In this document: positions 22,516-35,063 of the stretch, one piece after another
Numbering within the stretch: position 1 is the stretch's first letter
How the letters are laid out: every line of letters starts with the position of its first letter
NCBI GenBank assembly: GCA_031835245.2
Contig: JAVKOQ020000010.1
Location: 310,001-374,000 of the forward strand
Length of the DNA: 64,000 nt
Source of the DNA: Balamuthia mandrillaris
Taxonomy: Eukaryota
Direction of reading: 5' to 3'
Notes under the pieces: generated by a model
Told to the model about the DNA's origin: nothing
Databases searched by the model: none
What the model saw: the letters and a program-made list of their open reading frames with translations, nothing else
Translations under genes and position numbers: made by a program

Positions 22516-23874
22516 TTATTTTTTCTCTTCCTCCTTCTCTTTCTTGTCTTTCTTTTGCCGTTTGGCAAACGCACGCACTTTCTTTTGCAGGCCCTCGGAA
22601 GCGATGCAGAGCATTGAGTGTTCATCAAACGCCATTCCATTATCCACCGCCCACTTGAACAGTTTCCACGAACCAACCTTCAAAGCACCAACGCCTATCT
22701 CGTCGACGTTGTCCAAAGACCCACGTTCTACGGCCCACTCGAAGACGTCCACATGACCGGCCTCCAATGCTATTTTTGCGATCTCTTCCTTCGTCACGCT
22801 GCGCAACAATCCTCGGCCATCGGCCCACTGCAAACCCTCCAACCAACCATTTCTGGCTGCCGCCTCAAAGGCTCTAGCCTCACAAGGACAGCCCCGTTCA
22901 TGCAACCATTCCATCGTCTCCATCCCTCGTCTTTCAATCACAGCACTGAAGGCTCTCTCATCCCAAGGGCAACCGTTCTCTTGAAGCCACTTGAGCACCT
23001 CCCAACGCGCATGAACGGCAGCACCCCAAAAGGTGAACTCGTCCCATCTGAATCCACGCTCTTTCAGCCACTCCAACACCTGCACATGTCCTCGTGAAGC
23101 GGCAGTGGAAGCATAACTGCTGTTGTGCTTCTTCGCTTGCATGCGGGTGGGGTAATGCTCCCAGAGCCACTCCAAGACCTCCACGTGCCCCCCATGAGCA
23201 GCAGCCAAGAGGACAGGGCATGGGTGATAAAAATAGTCATCCGCCATAGGATCCTCTTTCCAAGGACAGTAGTTCTTCGCGGCCCATTGCAACACTTCCA
23301 GATGGCCGTTCAAGGCGGCCAAGCGAAGGACACCCCCTGCCCAATTGGCGCCATGATCTCTCAACCATTGCAGCAGTGCCAACTGTCCCGTCTCCGCTGC
23401 TGCTTCGCAGTTTCGCAGACTTCGCAAGCTGTAGCCTGGTTGCTCGCACAGCCACTGGACCACAGGCAAACCGCCGAGCTTGACGGCGTTGGGCATGGTG
23501 AGGGAGCCTTCGGGTTCAAAAGGCTCGGGAAAGGCGTTGTCAAAGGCCCAGCGGAGGAGAGAAACGCTGCTGCACACGCTTCGGCCGGGGAGCAGGTGGC
23601 GGTATTTGCGAGGGCTGCAACGAAACCACCTGCGGCAGGTGCGTGCGGCCACAGCGATGAGGCCAGGCGGAAGCAAGGAGAGTACGTGGTACAGCAGTTC
23701 ATCAGGAAGCAGCTCCTCGATCCAACAACAAGGATCCGTTGGACTTGTTTTTAATTTTTTTTGTGAGGTGTGGTGGTGCAAGTCCTCGTTGTCTTTGCAT
23801 TGGTCGTTCTCGTCTTGCTCAGGGGTTTGTTCCGGTGCCTCCAGTTGGCGTTTCTTCGTCTCCTCCGTTTGCAT
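22516..23874 (-). CDS. F-box + ankyrin-like (GCPW) repeat protein; intronless
   Basis: LPDELLYHVLSLL...ARTCRRW F-box, followed by repeats of AA-x-x-G-H-L-E-V-L-x-W...GCPWDE. Likely ATG at 23874. Confidence 0.88.
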   Translation of the reverse strand: MQTEETKKRQLEAPEQTPEQDENDQCKDNEDLHHHTSQKKLKTSPTDPCCWIEELLPDELLYHVLSLLPPGLIAVAARTCRRWFRCSPRKYRHLLPGRSVCSSVSLLRWAFDNAFPEPFEPEGSLTMPNAVKLGGLPVVQWLCEQPGYSLRSLRNCEAAAETGQLALLQWLRDHGANWAGGVLRLAALNGHLEVLQWAAKNYCPWKEDPMADDYFYHPCPVLLAAAHGGHVEVLEWLWEHYPTRMQAKKHNSSYASTAASRGHVQVLEWLKERGFRWDEFTFWGAAVHARWEVLKWLQENGCPWDERAFSAVIERRGMETMEWLHERGCPCEARAFEAAARNGWLEGLQWADGRGLLRSVTKEEIAKIALEAGHVDVFEWAVERGSLDNVDEIGVGALKVGSWKLFKWAVDNGMAFDEHSMLCIASEGLQKKVRAFAKRQKKDKKEKEEEKK

Positions 23875-24024
23875 TACTTTCTTATTCTCTTCGCAACATA
23901 GTCGCGTCGACTTGAATTCCGACTGATACACGAAGAGCACGAAGAGATGAATGTATGTGTATTCTCCTCGCCCTGCAGGTGGCAACGGAACAACTTGAAA
24001 GTTTTATTGGTTGGGGTTCTTCGC

Positions 24025-24433
24025 TCACTCTTTGATGTAGGGAGTGCGCTGCGGACGCAATTCTATCTCGGTGGGACAGGCGGTCTCCGGGAACTTGATG
24101 ACGAACAAGGCGGTGAGAGCGACGTCCTCTGGTTGAACCATCTTGGAGGAGTCCAGCGAGTCACTTTGTACCATGTCAGTGTTTACAAACCCTTTGTTCA
24201 AATAAAAATGGTAAGGTAATGAGAGAATGACAATGAATAGAGAAACGATGCTTTGGGCTTGGAGTGAGTACCTGGATTGATGCAACACATCTTAATACCA
24301 TTCTTGCGGACACTTTCAAAGAGTGAACCAGTGAAACCAACCACTCCATGCTTTGCAGCACAATCTTTAAATAGAGCAACAACGATAGGTATCGACAGGA
24401 GAAAGACAGAGAGAGAGAGAGAGTGAGAGAGAG

Positions 24434-24467
<34 letters not shown>

Positions 24468-25467
24468 TAAAAAGAGCAAGAACAGAAAGAGATAAAAAGA
24501 CATAGTAGATACATGGAGCAGAGCCACCCATTTTGAGAATGCCCGAGACAGACCCGATGTTGATGATTGCCTTTCGTCGAGAGGACGACTCGAGGTGAGG
24601 TAACGCCAACTTCGTTACCCTCAACACTCCCAACAAGTCAACTTCGATGCATTTTTCCCATTCTACAAGACAAAAAGAATGTAAGACAGAGAGCGTGAGA
24701 GAGCAAACAATAATAAGAAGAGAAGAGAAGAAAAACGTACCCTCGAGCGAGGAGTCTGTTCTGCCAAGCACTCCAGCTGTTGTTCGATGGAAAAACAGGT
24801 TTGATGGTTAGATTAAAAATAGCAAAGGGAGCCGAGAAGAAAGAAAAGGGAGAACAAGAGGATACCATTGTTAACCAGAATATCCAACCCGCCTAGCTCT
24901 TTTACACATCTGCATATGCAAGAGGTGATGTATTTCAACGCCAGAAGCATAAGAGAGATAGAGCAGAGCAGAGAAGGAGAGAAGAGAAGCGACGAACAAG
25001 AGAAGAAGGACCGTGAGAAGAGACAAGGAACGAGTCCAGAAAGACAAGACACAGCGCTAACCTGTCTATTGCTGCTCCAAGCGAGTCGTGAGAAGCTCCA
25101 GCAAGGTCCATCGGCAGGGCCAGAGTCTTGACCCCAAAGGCCTCGCACTCTTTCATCGCTGTGCGCAACGCCTTCCATTCCGGAATGAGAGTAAGCAAAA
25201 AGGAGTTGAAGCGACTGGAAAACCTCAAACCTCGACCGAACGAGCCATGCCGGCGACGTTGCACCCTTCTTTGGCCAAGGCCACGGCAATGGCACGCCCA
25301 ATGCCTTCAAATTAATTCCAAGACATTCTTCCAGTGAGATGAAGGAGCTATAACAACACGAACAAACATACAACAAACAAGTCTATAGTTATATTAAAAA
25401 AAAACAAACCTCTACTAGCTCCAGAGATGAGTGCGGTGCAGCCTCGCAGGTCTACCTCAGCTTGCAT
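24025..25467 (-). CDS. Classical short-chain dehydrogenase/reductase; many introns
   Basis: MQAEVDLRGCTALISGASR|GIGRAIA, LGGLDILVNN|AG, IINIGSVSG, CAAKHGVVGF, INP|GFVNTDM, QPEDVA. Confidence 0.88.
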
Positions 25468-25749
25468 GTTATTATTTCTTTTTATTTAAACTGATCAGTT
25501 TTTTTAAGTTGCGTATCTGTTTGTTTGTGTGCTTGTCTGTCTGTGTCTGTTTGAGCTCCACGATAGTTCAACGGATTGCAGAACAACAACAAAGTTGGAG
25601 CAAGTTGGCATGGATTTGCCAGAAAATTTAAAGATTGTCGACAAATTATATTCTTAAAATGGTAAATTTTTAGATCGGGTCCGTATTCTATAATTGGAAA
25701 TATTTAAATGATCTGGCCAACAGGAAATCAAACAATTTTGATCGATCTC

Positions 25750-26175
25750 AATAAAACGGCCCAAGAATGTAATGCCGACGGAACTTTGTAGTTCTTGTCC
25801 CTCGCTTTGATTCGCGCCTCCCCGAAGAAGAGTTGGCGGATGGACTTGCTGTGGTTCCACTCCCTGGCTTGGATGCTGAGAGACTGGCTCTTGTCCTTCC
25901 GACCACGGAACTTCATCTTGAATCCAGTCCTGCCCGCCGCCAAGCTGGTTTTCACGCCGTTGAAGAAATCATCGACGGCGTCACTTCGAATGTATCGAGG
26001 AGTTTCCAACACCCACGCAAGGCTCTTGTCCTCTCCGTTGAAATTGCCGTTATTCAGGAATTTCTCCCTGACCTGTTCCTTCATCTCCTTAAGAGGCATT
26101 CCTTTATGTTCACGATGAAACTCCACGGCCTTGTTGTAGGTCCATCGTACTGTGCCGAACCCACCCCTCTTTCTG
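25750..26175 (-). pseudogene. N-terminal fragment of a Fanzor2/TnpB-like RNA-guided nuclease (WED/REC part, no RuvC)
   Basis: FGTVRWTYNKAV resembles the IS605/IS607 OrfB G-x-x-R-x-x-YN motif. WVLETPRYIRSDAVDDF and FKMKFRGRKDKSQSLSI resemble Fanzor2. The segment is a GC-rich island in an AT-rich spacer. Confidence 0.8.
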
Positions 26176-26272
26176 GAGAACAAAGATAGCTTTATTTGTT
26201 TTATTGCTTTCATTTTTTGTTTTTATTATCCTGTTTGTCCAACTACAAAGACAAAAGAGAGGGAAGCGCAGC

Positions 26273-27196
26273 ATGCATTGGCTCTTTCTCCTCTGTATCG
26301 CTTCTTGCGTCCTGCTATCGGCCAACGCCTTCTCGGCGCCAACTTTATTGTGGGCGTATAAAGGTCCTTGCGAGGACTGGTAAGCTCTCTTTCTTTCTTT
26401 CTTGTCGTTTCTTTCTTTCTTTCTTTCTTTCTGTGTTTTTTTTTTTGTTTGCTAAACCAACCAAACCAAACAAAAGGGGCTGCTCCACTGGTTGGTACTC
26501 CTCCCCAGCTGTTGCAGAATTGAACGGGGAGCGCATCGTTGTTGCCGCAACCTATGGCGTATGATTACCATGTTTCTGTCTTTCCTTTTCAACCCTAGCA
26601 CTTCAACCAAGAGGAACTATTGGAGACTTACTCTGGTTTAAACAAAGGTTCATGCTCTCTTTGGAAGGAACGGCTCCACCCTTTGGTCTCACCCTCAAGG
26701 AGACGTTGGAGGTATAACTTTTCTTGTCTTTTTCTATCTCCACGTTCTTCTGTCTTTTTCTTCTCTTGTTCTCCCGTTCTCTCTTCTTCTCTCTTCTCTC
26801 ATCTCTCATCTCTGGTTTCTCTTCTCGCCTCTCTCTTCTCTCTATAACCTTAACACAAAAAAGGAGGAAGAACGTGGCCCGACGTTGCTATTCAAGACGT
26901 TGATAACGACAACTCTTTGGAGGTCATAACAGCACACGGCGGCGGTACGGTTGGCGTTTGGCGCTTGGAAGATGGCCAGAGCTTCTCTGAGGATTGGCCC
27001 CTGTCCGTCATTGACAATGAGCTCAGAGCGCTTGTTGTGGCTGACCTTGATAGAGACAATAGTCATGAGATTATTGTAACGTCTTTGCTTCTCTTTCTCT
27101 CTTTCTCTCTCTCTCTCTCTTTGTGCTTCCGTGTTTGCTCCTTTTTCTTGCCTTGTTCTTATTTCTTCCTTCCTTCCTGAACACGTTTCTTCTCTC

Positions 27197-27228
<32 letters not shown>

Positions 27229-27791
27229 TTGCAGATGATAACCTGGAGATCATCTCTCCAAGCGACGTGCATTACGTCTGCGCCTACGAGGCCGACGGCA
27301 CCGCCATCACCTCCGCCTACGACGACATCGTATGGGGGCAGATCCCCTTTTGCACCGCCGAAACGTTGGAAGAGCGCCGAGCGGGTTGTCTCTGCGACAA
27401 CCCCAACTGGCCCGACCCAACGAGGACCAACTTTGCGGATGGGCCTGTGAGCATAGCGGACTTGGAGGGAGATGGCACGGAGGAGCTGGTCTTTGTGGGC
27501 AGGAGCTATGCGTTTTGTGGAGGAGGCGGAGAGAGAACCACTCATAACGGTCTTTATGTCATAAAGAAAGACAGGTAATGCTTTTTGGGTTTTCACGTTG
27601 TTTGAAAGCCTTAACATAAGCTTGTCTTCGTGGCAGAACTCGTTGGAATACGGACAAGTATAACTGGAGCTTCGTGCCTGACAAGCACACGAACCCGGAG
27701 TTGGGCGATCCCATTTCCTTCGACTACAATGACCTGGAGAGCATTCTCTATAATCCGGTTCTTGCCGACCTTGATGGAGGTTTTGGCTTTT

Positions 27792-27834
<43 letters not shown>

Positions 27835-28572
27835 TCGCCCGCTCTTCTATTTCTCTCCTCTTACATCGCCTTTGTCCATTATAGACAACGAAATGGAGAT
27901 ACTGTTCTCCAGTTACGATGGCAAAATGCACGCCTTTTGGCTGGACAAAACGCAGCATTGCAACTGGCCCTACAACTACAACGCCGGTCGTAACTACTTG
28001 GTTGGCGCTTCTCCTCCCGTCGTCGCCGACCTCGACAACGACGGCCTCGCAGAGGTCATCTTCACCACCTGGACCGAGAAAGGCTCCTACCAAAACGGAA
28101 GGTCTGTCCTCTTTTCTTTTCTTTTCTTTTCTCTTCTCTTCTCTTTTGTTGCTTAGTTGCTATACCGTACTATAGCTTGTATATCGTGAGTTGGTCAGGA
28201 AACGTCCTTCACAAACTGGACTTGCCTCCCTCCAAGGACCCCGACGAAGACTGGGATGGCGCCTTGGCCTCCCCAACATTGGCCAACATCGATGACACGC
28301 CCGACCTCGAGATCATCATCCTCACGGCCCACTCCGGAGCGGTGGCCTACACCATTCCGGGTTCGGCGGACGCTCGCATCTTGTGGCAAACAGGACGTGG
28401 CAACTTTGAGCGCACTGGTACCGTTTTGGATCCTCCTTTGAGGGAAGGAGGCGAGCCAGAGAATGATACCTGTCCTCTTCCTGACGCGGATCAGAACGAC
28501 GAAGATGGCGGAGATGGTGGTTCGTTCGCTTCTCGACTTGAACCTTCTTCTTTGAGTTCTCTTTATTACTGA
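26273..28572 (+). CDS. Secreted FG-GAP/VCBS-repeat beta-propeller protein; multi-exon
   Basis: Signal peptide MHWLFLLCIASCVLLSANA, then TGWYSSPAVA and repeated ADLD-x-D-x-x-x-E motifs (DVDNDNSLEV, ADLDRDNSHEI, ADLEGDGTEEL, ADLDNDGLAEV, ANIDDTPDLEI), ending WQTGRGNFERTG. Confidence 0.85.
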
Positions 28573-28630
28573 AATATTTGCTGTAGAATATAAACGTATT
28601 TCTCTCTCTGTCCACAGTCCCGGAAGAAGT

Positions 28631-31043
28631 TTAAACTTCTTCGCCCAACAATGCTTTCGTCCACTCTCTCAACTGCTGTTGAGTGTAGTCTCCGCTTCGT
28701 ATGCTCATCATCATGCCCTCCACCATTTGGTTGTATTCCGCCAAGCCTCCCCTCGAGTCGTACTGCTGTCGGGCTTGATGGAACCTGCTCTCCTGAGAAG
28801 CCCTGGTGAGAGTGTACTTGTTCTCCATGTCCCTGCGTAAGGTTTTGGTGGCCTGCCGCATCTCGTTGAGGTGGAAAGGGCGGGCGTTCTTTCTTCGCCG
28901 TTGCATGTGGAACATTCGGTTCCTCTCTTCGGCGGTGGCTGGAACAGAACCAGAGGAAGAGGAAAGAACACGAGCCCAAGGAGGTGAGTTTTCGATATCT
29001 TCATAGGATGAGGAAGACTCTTCGGTTAGTCCACCAGGTTCTTTCTCCTCATCTGCACTTTTGCTCTTTTGTTCTTCAACACTCTCTAACGAGACCGAAG
29101 CTTCTGCTTCACGATCTGTAAAAGGGGAAGGATACGGATCTGCATGTGGGACTGGGGGTAATGGTACCGCATCCAATGGAGGCAGGGAAGATTCTCCTTG
29201 GGCAACTGACGAAGAAGAAGACTTTGAAGAACATTCAGAAGAGAACATGGCTTGAGGAGGAGCATCAAAAATCATTGCGGAAGGTCGTCTTCGTAAAGAG
29301 TATCCTTGCTGTTGCTGTTGTTGTGGAGGCTGCTCCTGCTGTTGTTGCTGCTGTGGTGGTGGTTGTTGTTGTGGAGGCTGCTCCTGCTGTTGTTGCTGCT
29401 GCTGCGGTGGTTGTTGTAGAACTGACTTCTGCTGTTGTTGCTGCTGTGGTGGCTGTTGTTGTGGAGATGACTTTTGCTGTTGTTGCTGCTGCGGTTGTGT
29501 TTGCTGATGATGTAGTGATTGTGGTTGTTGTTGTTGTAAACGAGGAGTAAACGGCTGAAACGAAGAAGACGATACGTCCGTCAAGTTGCTGGTATCTGTT
29601 GGTTTTGGCAACTGGCTTGCTTTTCCTTGTGGTGGATGTGAGGTAGAAGAAGCAGCATTCGGGTTGACAGCTGCAGCTCTCGGCGTAAAGTTTGCAAACG
29701 GAAGTTTCTGCTGTGCCTGCTGAAGAAGTTGCTGACGAATGTGCAGATTGTGGGTGTTGTGATGGTTGCTATTGTTGTTGTTTTCAGGCAAGGCTGCACG
29801 TGCCGACTGAGGCATCAACGCCACGAAATGAGGACCATCCAAAGAGTTAAACGCAGGTAGGGTGCGAGCGGAAAGCAGCGCGTTGTTATTCGCAACGAGA
29901 TTCTCTCCAGTGGATTGAGTGCGATGCAACTCAACGTTACGAAAAGCCAAGTCTTTCGGAAGAACACGAACTTTCTCCTTGCCGTTAAACTGTTTCTTAT
30001 TGTTGTCCGCGGCGTTGCTGCTGCTGCTCTGGTTTTGGTTTGCCTTATGAAATCCTTTGAAGCGCTGTTGAGGAGGACTGTTTGATTGTAGTTGCTGAAC
30101 CATTTGCTGTTGCTGAAGAGGTGTTAAAGCAGGCAAGTGGGCCAAAGATTTTCTGTCTTTTGCTGCTCTTGGTGTGGGGTTTGCGTCTTCCGTCGAGCCT
30201 ACCGCATGGGCGTTGTGATCGGTCGCCTCTTCTTCGGGTTCTGCTTTTTCCATCATCATTTCCTTCATCCTTTCATCGCTGAAAAAGTCGTAGCTTCGTT
30301 CTATCATCATGGTTACTAGTTGGTTGATGAAACGAGCATCTCCGATGAGCGTTTGGGGAGTGTCCACTTTGGGCCGTAGGAGGTTGGGACCAAAGACGAT
30401 GGCTAGGTTGGAGGATTTCATGAGAGTGATGTGGTTCTTCTCAACGGCCATGAAGTTGAGGTGACGAAAGAGGAAGGAGAGGATGAGAATGTTTGGCGGA
30501 GGAAGGAGGGTGAGAAGGTCCCGGACGACTTTAACATTGTCTGCATGGTCTTCAACACCTGATGAAGAATAGTATGGTAAGGCTAGCTATAAGAGAGGAA
30601 ACAGAGAACGGAGAACGAGAACGAAGGATACACATTCCAGAGATGCTTGATCGGAGAAATAAGAGAAAGAGAGAAAAAAAACAAGGGCGAGATAACAAAC
30701 CGGCAATAAAACTTGGATACAATTTGAAAGTGAAGACGGGTTCCGGCATTTCCCGAAACAGCTTCTTCATCAACCCGGCGATAGCAAAGACATCGGCATC
30801 CTTGCCCAGTTCGTGCACTCGTTTGCCACTTTCGAGCTGAACTTCCAGTTTGTTGACAAGTCTAAGGTCGGCGGACAGACGGTAGACTCCTTGCATTTCC
30901 TTGTGATCTTTCTCGATGTAGAAGGCCGCATCCTGCACGAACTGCAACACCTTTGGAGATGAGGCGTCCGCCCCAAAGAGTCTCTTGGAGACAGGTTTCT
31001 TGGCAGTCTCCACCTTCTTTCCCTTTTTCCCTTTGCCATCCAT
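28631..31043 (-). CDS. RhoGAP with a long Q/P/S-rich C-terminal tail
   Basis: GVYRLSA arginine finger, AGLMKKLFREMPEPVFT, MKSSNLAIVFGPNLL. Intron at about 30560-30700. Confidence 0.92.
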
Positions 31044-31780
31044 CGCTCGGTCCGCCGTCCTTTTACGGAAAAATAAGTGCCTGCCTCTTCTTTCTTGTTT
31101 GCTTCGATGGGAGGAAAAGCACCTGAGGTTTTTTTGTGTTGTTCTCTGCAACCACAAAAAAAGAAAGTTGAACGAAAAGGCATATGAGCGGCTTTTGTAG
31201 TACCAGTATTTTCTGTCGACACTTTCCATGTCGTCCTTATAATTTCCAAACTTTCGTGTCGTCGCGGGATCTTCCATGTCGTCCTGAAGTTCCAGGCTTT
31301 GGCTCTCGTCGTCTAAATGCTTTTTATAAAGTTTTTTTTAAAAAAAAAACTCTTTTCTTGTTTTTTTTTTTTATTTTGTTTTTGGGTTAGTTCATAAAAC
31401 CAGACAAACTGGATGCTGTTCTGGTCCATCCCTGGCTGTGAATGTAAGGAAAACAAGAAAAACTTATTAATTCACTCATAATACCTTTGCTCAACTTCTT
31501 GCTTCTTGTTCGCTAAGGAGTGGGGAAGAGCGTAACCCTCGACAGGTCACGCGTTTCCTTTGTCTGCCTGCCTGCGGTTAAACCTGCAAAGGCAAGTCCG
31601 GCAACGCTAGTGCCTCGTGTATTACCGAAAAGCTAATCAATGAATAACACTAATATAGCACTTTTCCCACACGTGAGACCCAAATAAAAAGCTTTCATAG
31701 TTTTGTTCTTCTTCTCTCACTCCTCTATTTGCCGAACAAACAAACAAACAAACCCACAAACCAATAGAGCAAGTGTAACC

Positions 31781-32883
31781 ATGCCGACCTCTACGCCCTC
31801 TCTCGCTTTGTTCCTCTCCTGCCTCTTGGCGCTGAGCGCCTTGGCGCTCGGCCACGGCTACCTGGCCGACCCGCCCGCGCGTAACGCCCTCGGCAAGCTC
31901 GGCTGCGGCGACGTGCCCACCAACTACGACCTCATGGGCTTGGCCGCCGGCGGCCCCTCCGTGGTCTCCCAGATCGGCCACGGCCTCTGCGGCGACCGAG
32001 CTGACGGCGTGCAGGAGCACTACAAGGGCGGCAAGTACGCCACCGGCACCATAGCGGGACACTACGCCCCTGGCTCTTCCATCACGGTCACCGTCGTCAT
32101 CACCGCCCACCACTTGGGCCATTTCGAGTTCAGGCTCTGCGACCTGGACTCGACGGACCCCATGGACGACGCGGACCAGGGGTGTTTGGACGCCAATGTG
32201 CTGGTGCTCTCCGGAACGGAGGGGGACACGCAGTGGGAGCTGCCTGCCCCTTCGGCGAACATGGTCTACGAGATCGACTTGGACTTGCCCAGCGGTGTCA
32301 CTTGCAACCGTTGCGTTCTTCAGTGGTTCGTCCTTTATAGCTTTTTTCTTTTTGAAAAAGAGATGAAACTTATAAACAAACAAACAGGTATTACCTGACC
32401 GGTAACTCACCGGGAGCCTACCCCGAGGAGTTCTGGAACTGCGCCGACATCTCCATCACCGACGACCCCGCCGACGCCGACCTGGTCTGCCAGACCGAGT
32501 TCAACGGGGAAAAGCCGCCCACCAACGACGATGGACAATGTTTGTCCTGCTCCAACGGACAAAAATGCGTGGCCAAAGCGGGCCAGGACGAGGTGGACGA
32601 CGCCTTCTGCGACTCGGTCAAGTGCTACGATGACTGGCTGGAAGTCTGCGAGTGGGTCGAGGACGACACCACCCCCCAAGGCGGCGACTGCGTCAGCATC
32701 GTGGCTCACATCTCGGATGACTGGTGCGTCTCGGTGAACTGCGACCCCGTCTACGCCGACTTTTGCGAGCGTACTGCCTCCACCGATGGCGGTGATGGAG
32801 GAGATGGAGGAGACGGTGATGATGGTGATGATGGTGATGATGGAGCAGCTGCTTCAGTAGTTCCTTCTTGGATGCTGTTGTAA
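31781..32883 (+). CDS. Secreted lytic polysaccharide monooxygenase (AA15/LPMO_10-like) with Cys-rich C-terminal modules
   Basis: Signal peptide ending ALG followed by His1 (HGYLADPPARN), then LCGD, ITAHHLGHFEFRLC, CVLQW|YYLTGNS and EEFWNCADISI. Intron 32326-32387. Confidence 0.9.
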
Positions 32884-32966
32884 CAGAATGAATGAAGAAG
32901 AAAAGAAAAAGAGAAGGTAATAACGAAGAGAGGAGAAAAAAAATAAATAAAGAACAAAAAAAGATG

Positions 32967-34156
32967 TTAACGTGCTAGTTCTTCTTCTTGCTTTGGCCGT
33001 TGGTCAACAGGAATGACAGCGGGTTGGTAGGTCAACAAGTCGGAGAGATTCTGGACAACGAAGCGAGCGGGCGTCATCTTGAAGAGCTTTTCGCGCAGAA
33101 ACGAGGCGAAAGGAGATGAGAGAGAGGCCATCGCTCCCATTCGTTCGCTCATGCTTTGCAACTTCCGGTTTCTGCCTTTGCGATGAAGTTCGTAGTCCGC
33201 AAAAGCCCCATCGATGCTTCTTTACGAAAAAAGCAATGAGAAGAAGAGTTTAAAAAAGAAAAGAAGAGAAATACACACGATGAGTATTTGAAAAGCGAGG
33301 AAGCTAACTGGGCTGCATCTTCAATGGCAGAGCAACCACCTACCCAGGAAAAATAGTAAATAAAGGAGAAGTAAGAAGAACGAGAAGAAGCAAGAGGCAA
33401 AAAAAAAGGATACACAGAACAAGTGAAGGAAAACGTACCATAACCAAGATTAGGGGTCATAGCATGAGCGGCATCACCAATGAGAACGACCCTTCCTTTG
33501 GAGCAATAAGGCAACGGAGAAAGGGAATAGAGGTCTGTCTTTAAGATGTCTTCCTCTGGAGTTTTCTTCAGCAGGTCCGGAATGGGGCTATGCCAGTTAT
33601 TGAATATGGATCGTAACTATTTGTGTTTTCAGGCCACATGAAAACGTCAATGTAAAGCACAAAGCAACAGAAAACAAAAGAAACGACAAGAATGAAAACT
33701 GAAAGCAGGCAAAGAGTTTGTATACCTTTAACTTTGTGGTTCCAGGAGGATCGATGGTGCCTTCTGGCTCGTTAGACACAGCAAACCAATAAACCTTTTC
33801 ATCTTCCCCTTTATCTGTGCGTAACAAACCAAACCTTTGTCCTTTGCCCCATGTCTCACCTCCTATAAAGTCTGTTCGTTTGAAAAATGAAAAACAAAGG
33901 GAAGTCGTCAGGTGAGATAAAAGAAAAAGAATGAACAGAAAAGAAAGTAAGCGATGAAGGGACCATCAGCCAAAGGAAAAGGGAGTATTCCTCGATAAGC
34001 TGTGTAACCAGCGTACACCAACTTTGCATTCGGGTGCATTTGTGCTCGTACTTTTGACCTTTGGCAACATATTAGAGAAGAGAAGAGACAGAACAGAGAG
34101 AAAAGAAGAGGGAAAGAGAAAGAGAAAGAGAAAGAGAAAGAGAAAGAGAAAGAGAA

Positions 34157-34233
<77 letters not shown>

Positions 34234-35063
34234 AAGGGACAAGCAGCACAACAAGAATAGAGAGGAGAGAAACAAGAGAACAAGAGCCCAGAGAGAAGGA
34301 GGATGACGCCACGACCAACCTGAGTCCATCAGCTCCAATGAGAATATCAGCGCGTTCCTTGCGCCCACTGGCAAAACGAACCTCCACCCCGCCCTCGCCG
34401 GCCTCACCCCCCGGCTCTTCCTGGTAGCACACGAAGCTCTCCCCCAGGTGCACCTCCACCCGCGGTGGCGCCGGAGAAGCGGAGGAGAGCGAGTCCAACA
34501 GCATGGCGTGCAGCTTGGGCCGAGAGAGGACGGCCAGGGCGCCCTCCGGACACTTTTCTGCCACGAGTTGCCTCATCATGGCGTCCGCTTTGGTGTCTTT
34601 GGGCGGAGGAGAGGAGGCCGAGGAAGGAGAAGAATGGACTTGAAAGGATTGAAGAACGTGGCCTCGCTCGTTGCGAAAGGCGGAGGAGGAAGGGTAGTGC
34701 GCCGTGGCAGAGAGCCGCTCGGCCAGATCGAATTGATGCAAAACTTTGAGTGCTGGATTCCATAAAGTTATCCCTTTTTTTGTTTAACAAACAAAAGGAG
34801 AGAAAGACGAGAGGAGCGGAGAGAAGAAAGAAAGAAAGAAAGCAAAAAAGAAACGACAAGAAAGATTAGTGCAAAAAAAAAATGAAAGATTAGATTTAGA
34901 AAAAAAATGAACCAAAGCCGAGAGGCCTCCAAGAGGGGGCTTGTTCAAAGACCGAACAGGATACCCCGACGCGGGAGAGGGCGTTGGCCACGGTGAGCCC
35001 CCCGATACCACCCCCCACCACGATAGCCTTCCTCACGACGTTCTTGCCTCCGTTCATCTTCAT
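32967..35063 (-). CDS. FAD-dependent monooxygenase (salicylate hydroxylase/UbiH-like); multi-exon
   Basis: AIVVGGGIGGLTVA, ILIGADGLR, YAGYTAYRG, GRVVLIGDAAHAMTPNLG, GGCSAIEDA. Confidence 0.92.

Noticed and set aside
24777..24865. SDR intron with donor GTATCCTC as a second U12 intron
   Set aside because: The donor deviates at +8, and the only branch-like site (CTAAC) is about 30 nt from the AG and U2-like. Ambiguous.
31390..31640. GC-richer spacer with an LVHPWL* kinase-like end and a small hairpin
   Set aside because: Too short; there are no other kinase motifs and the structure is not convincing.
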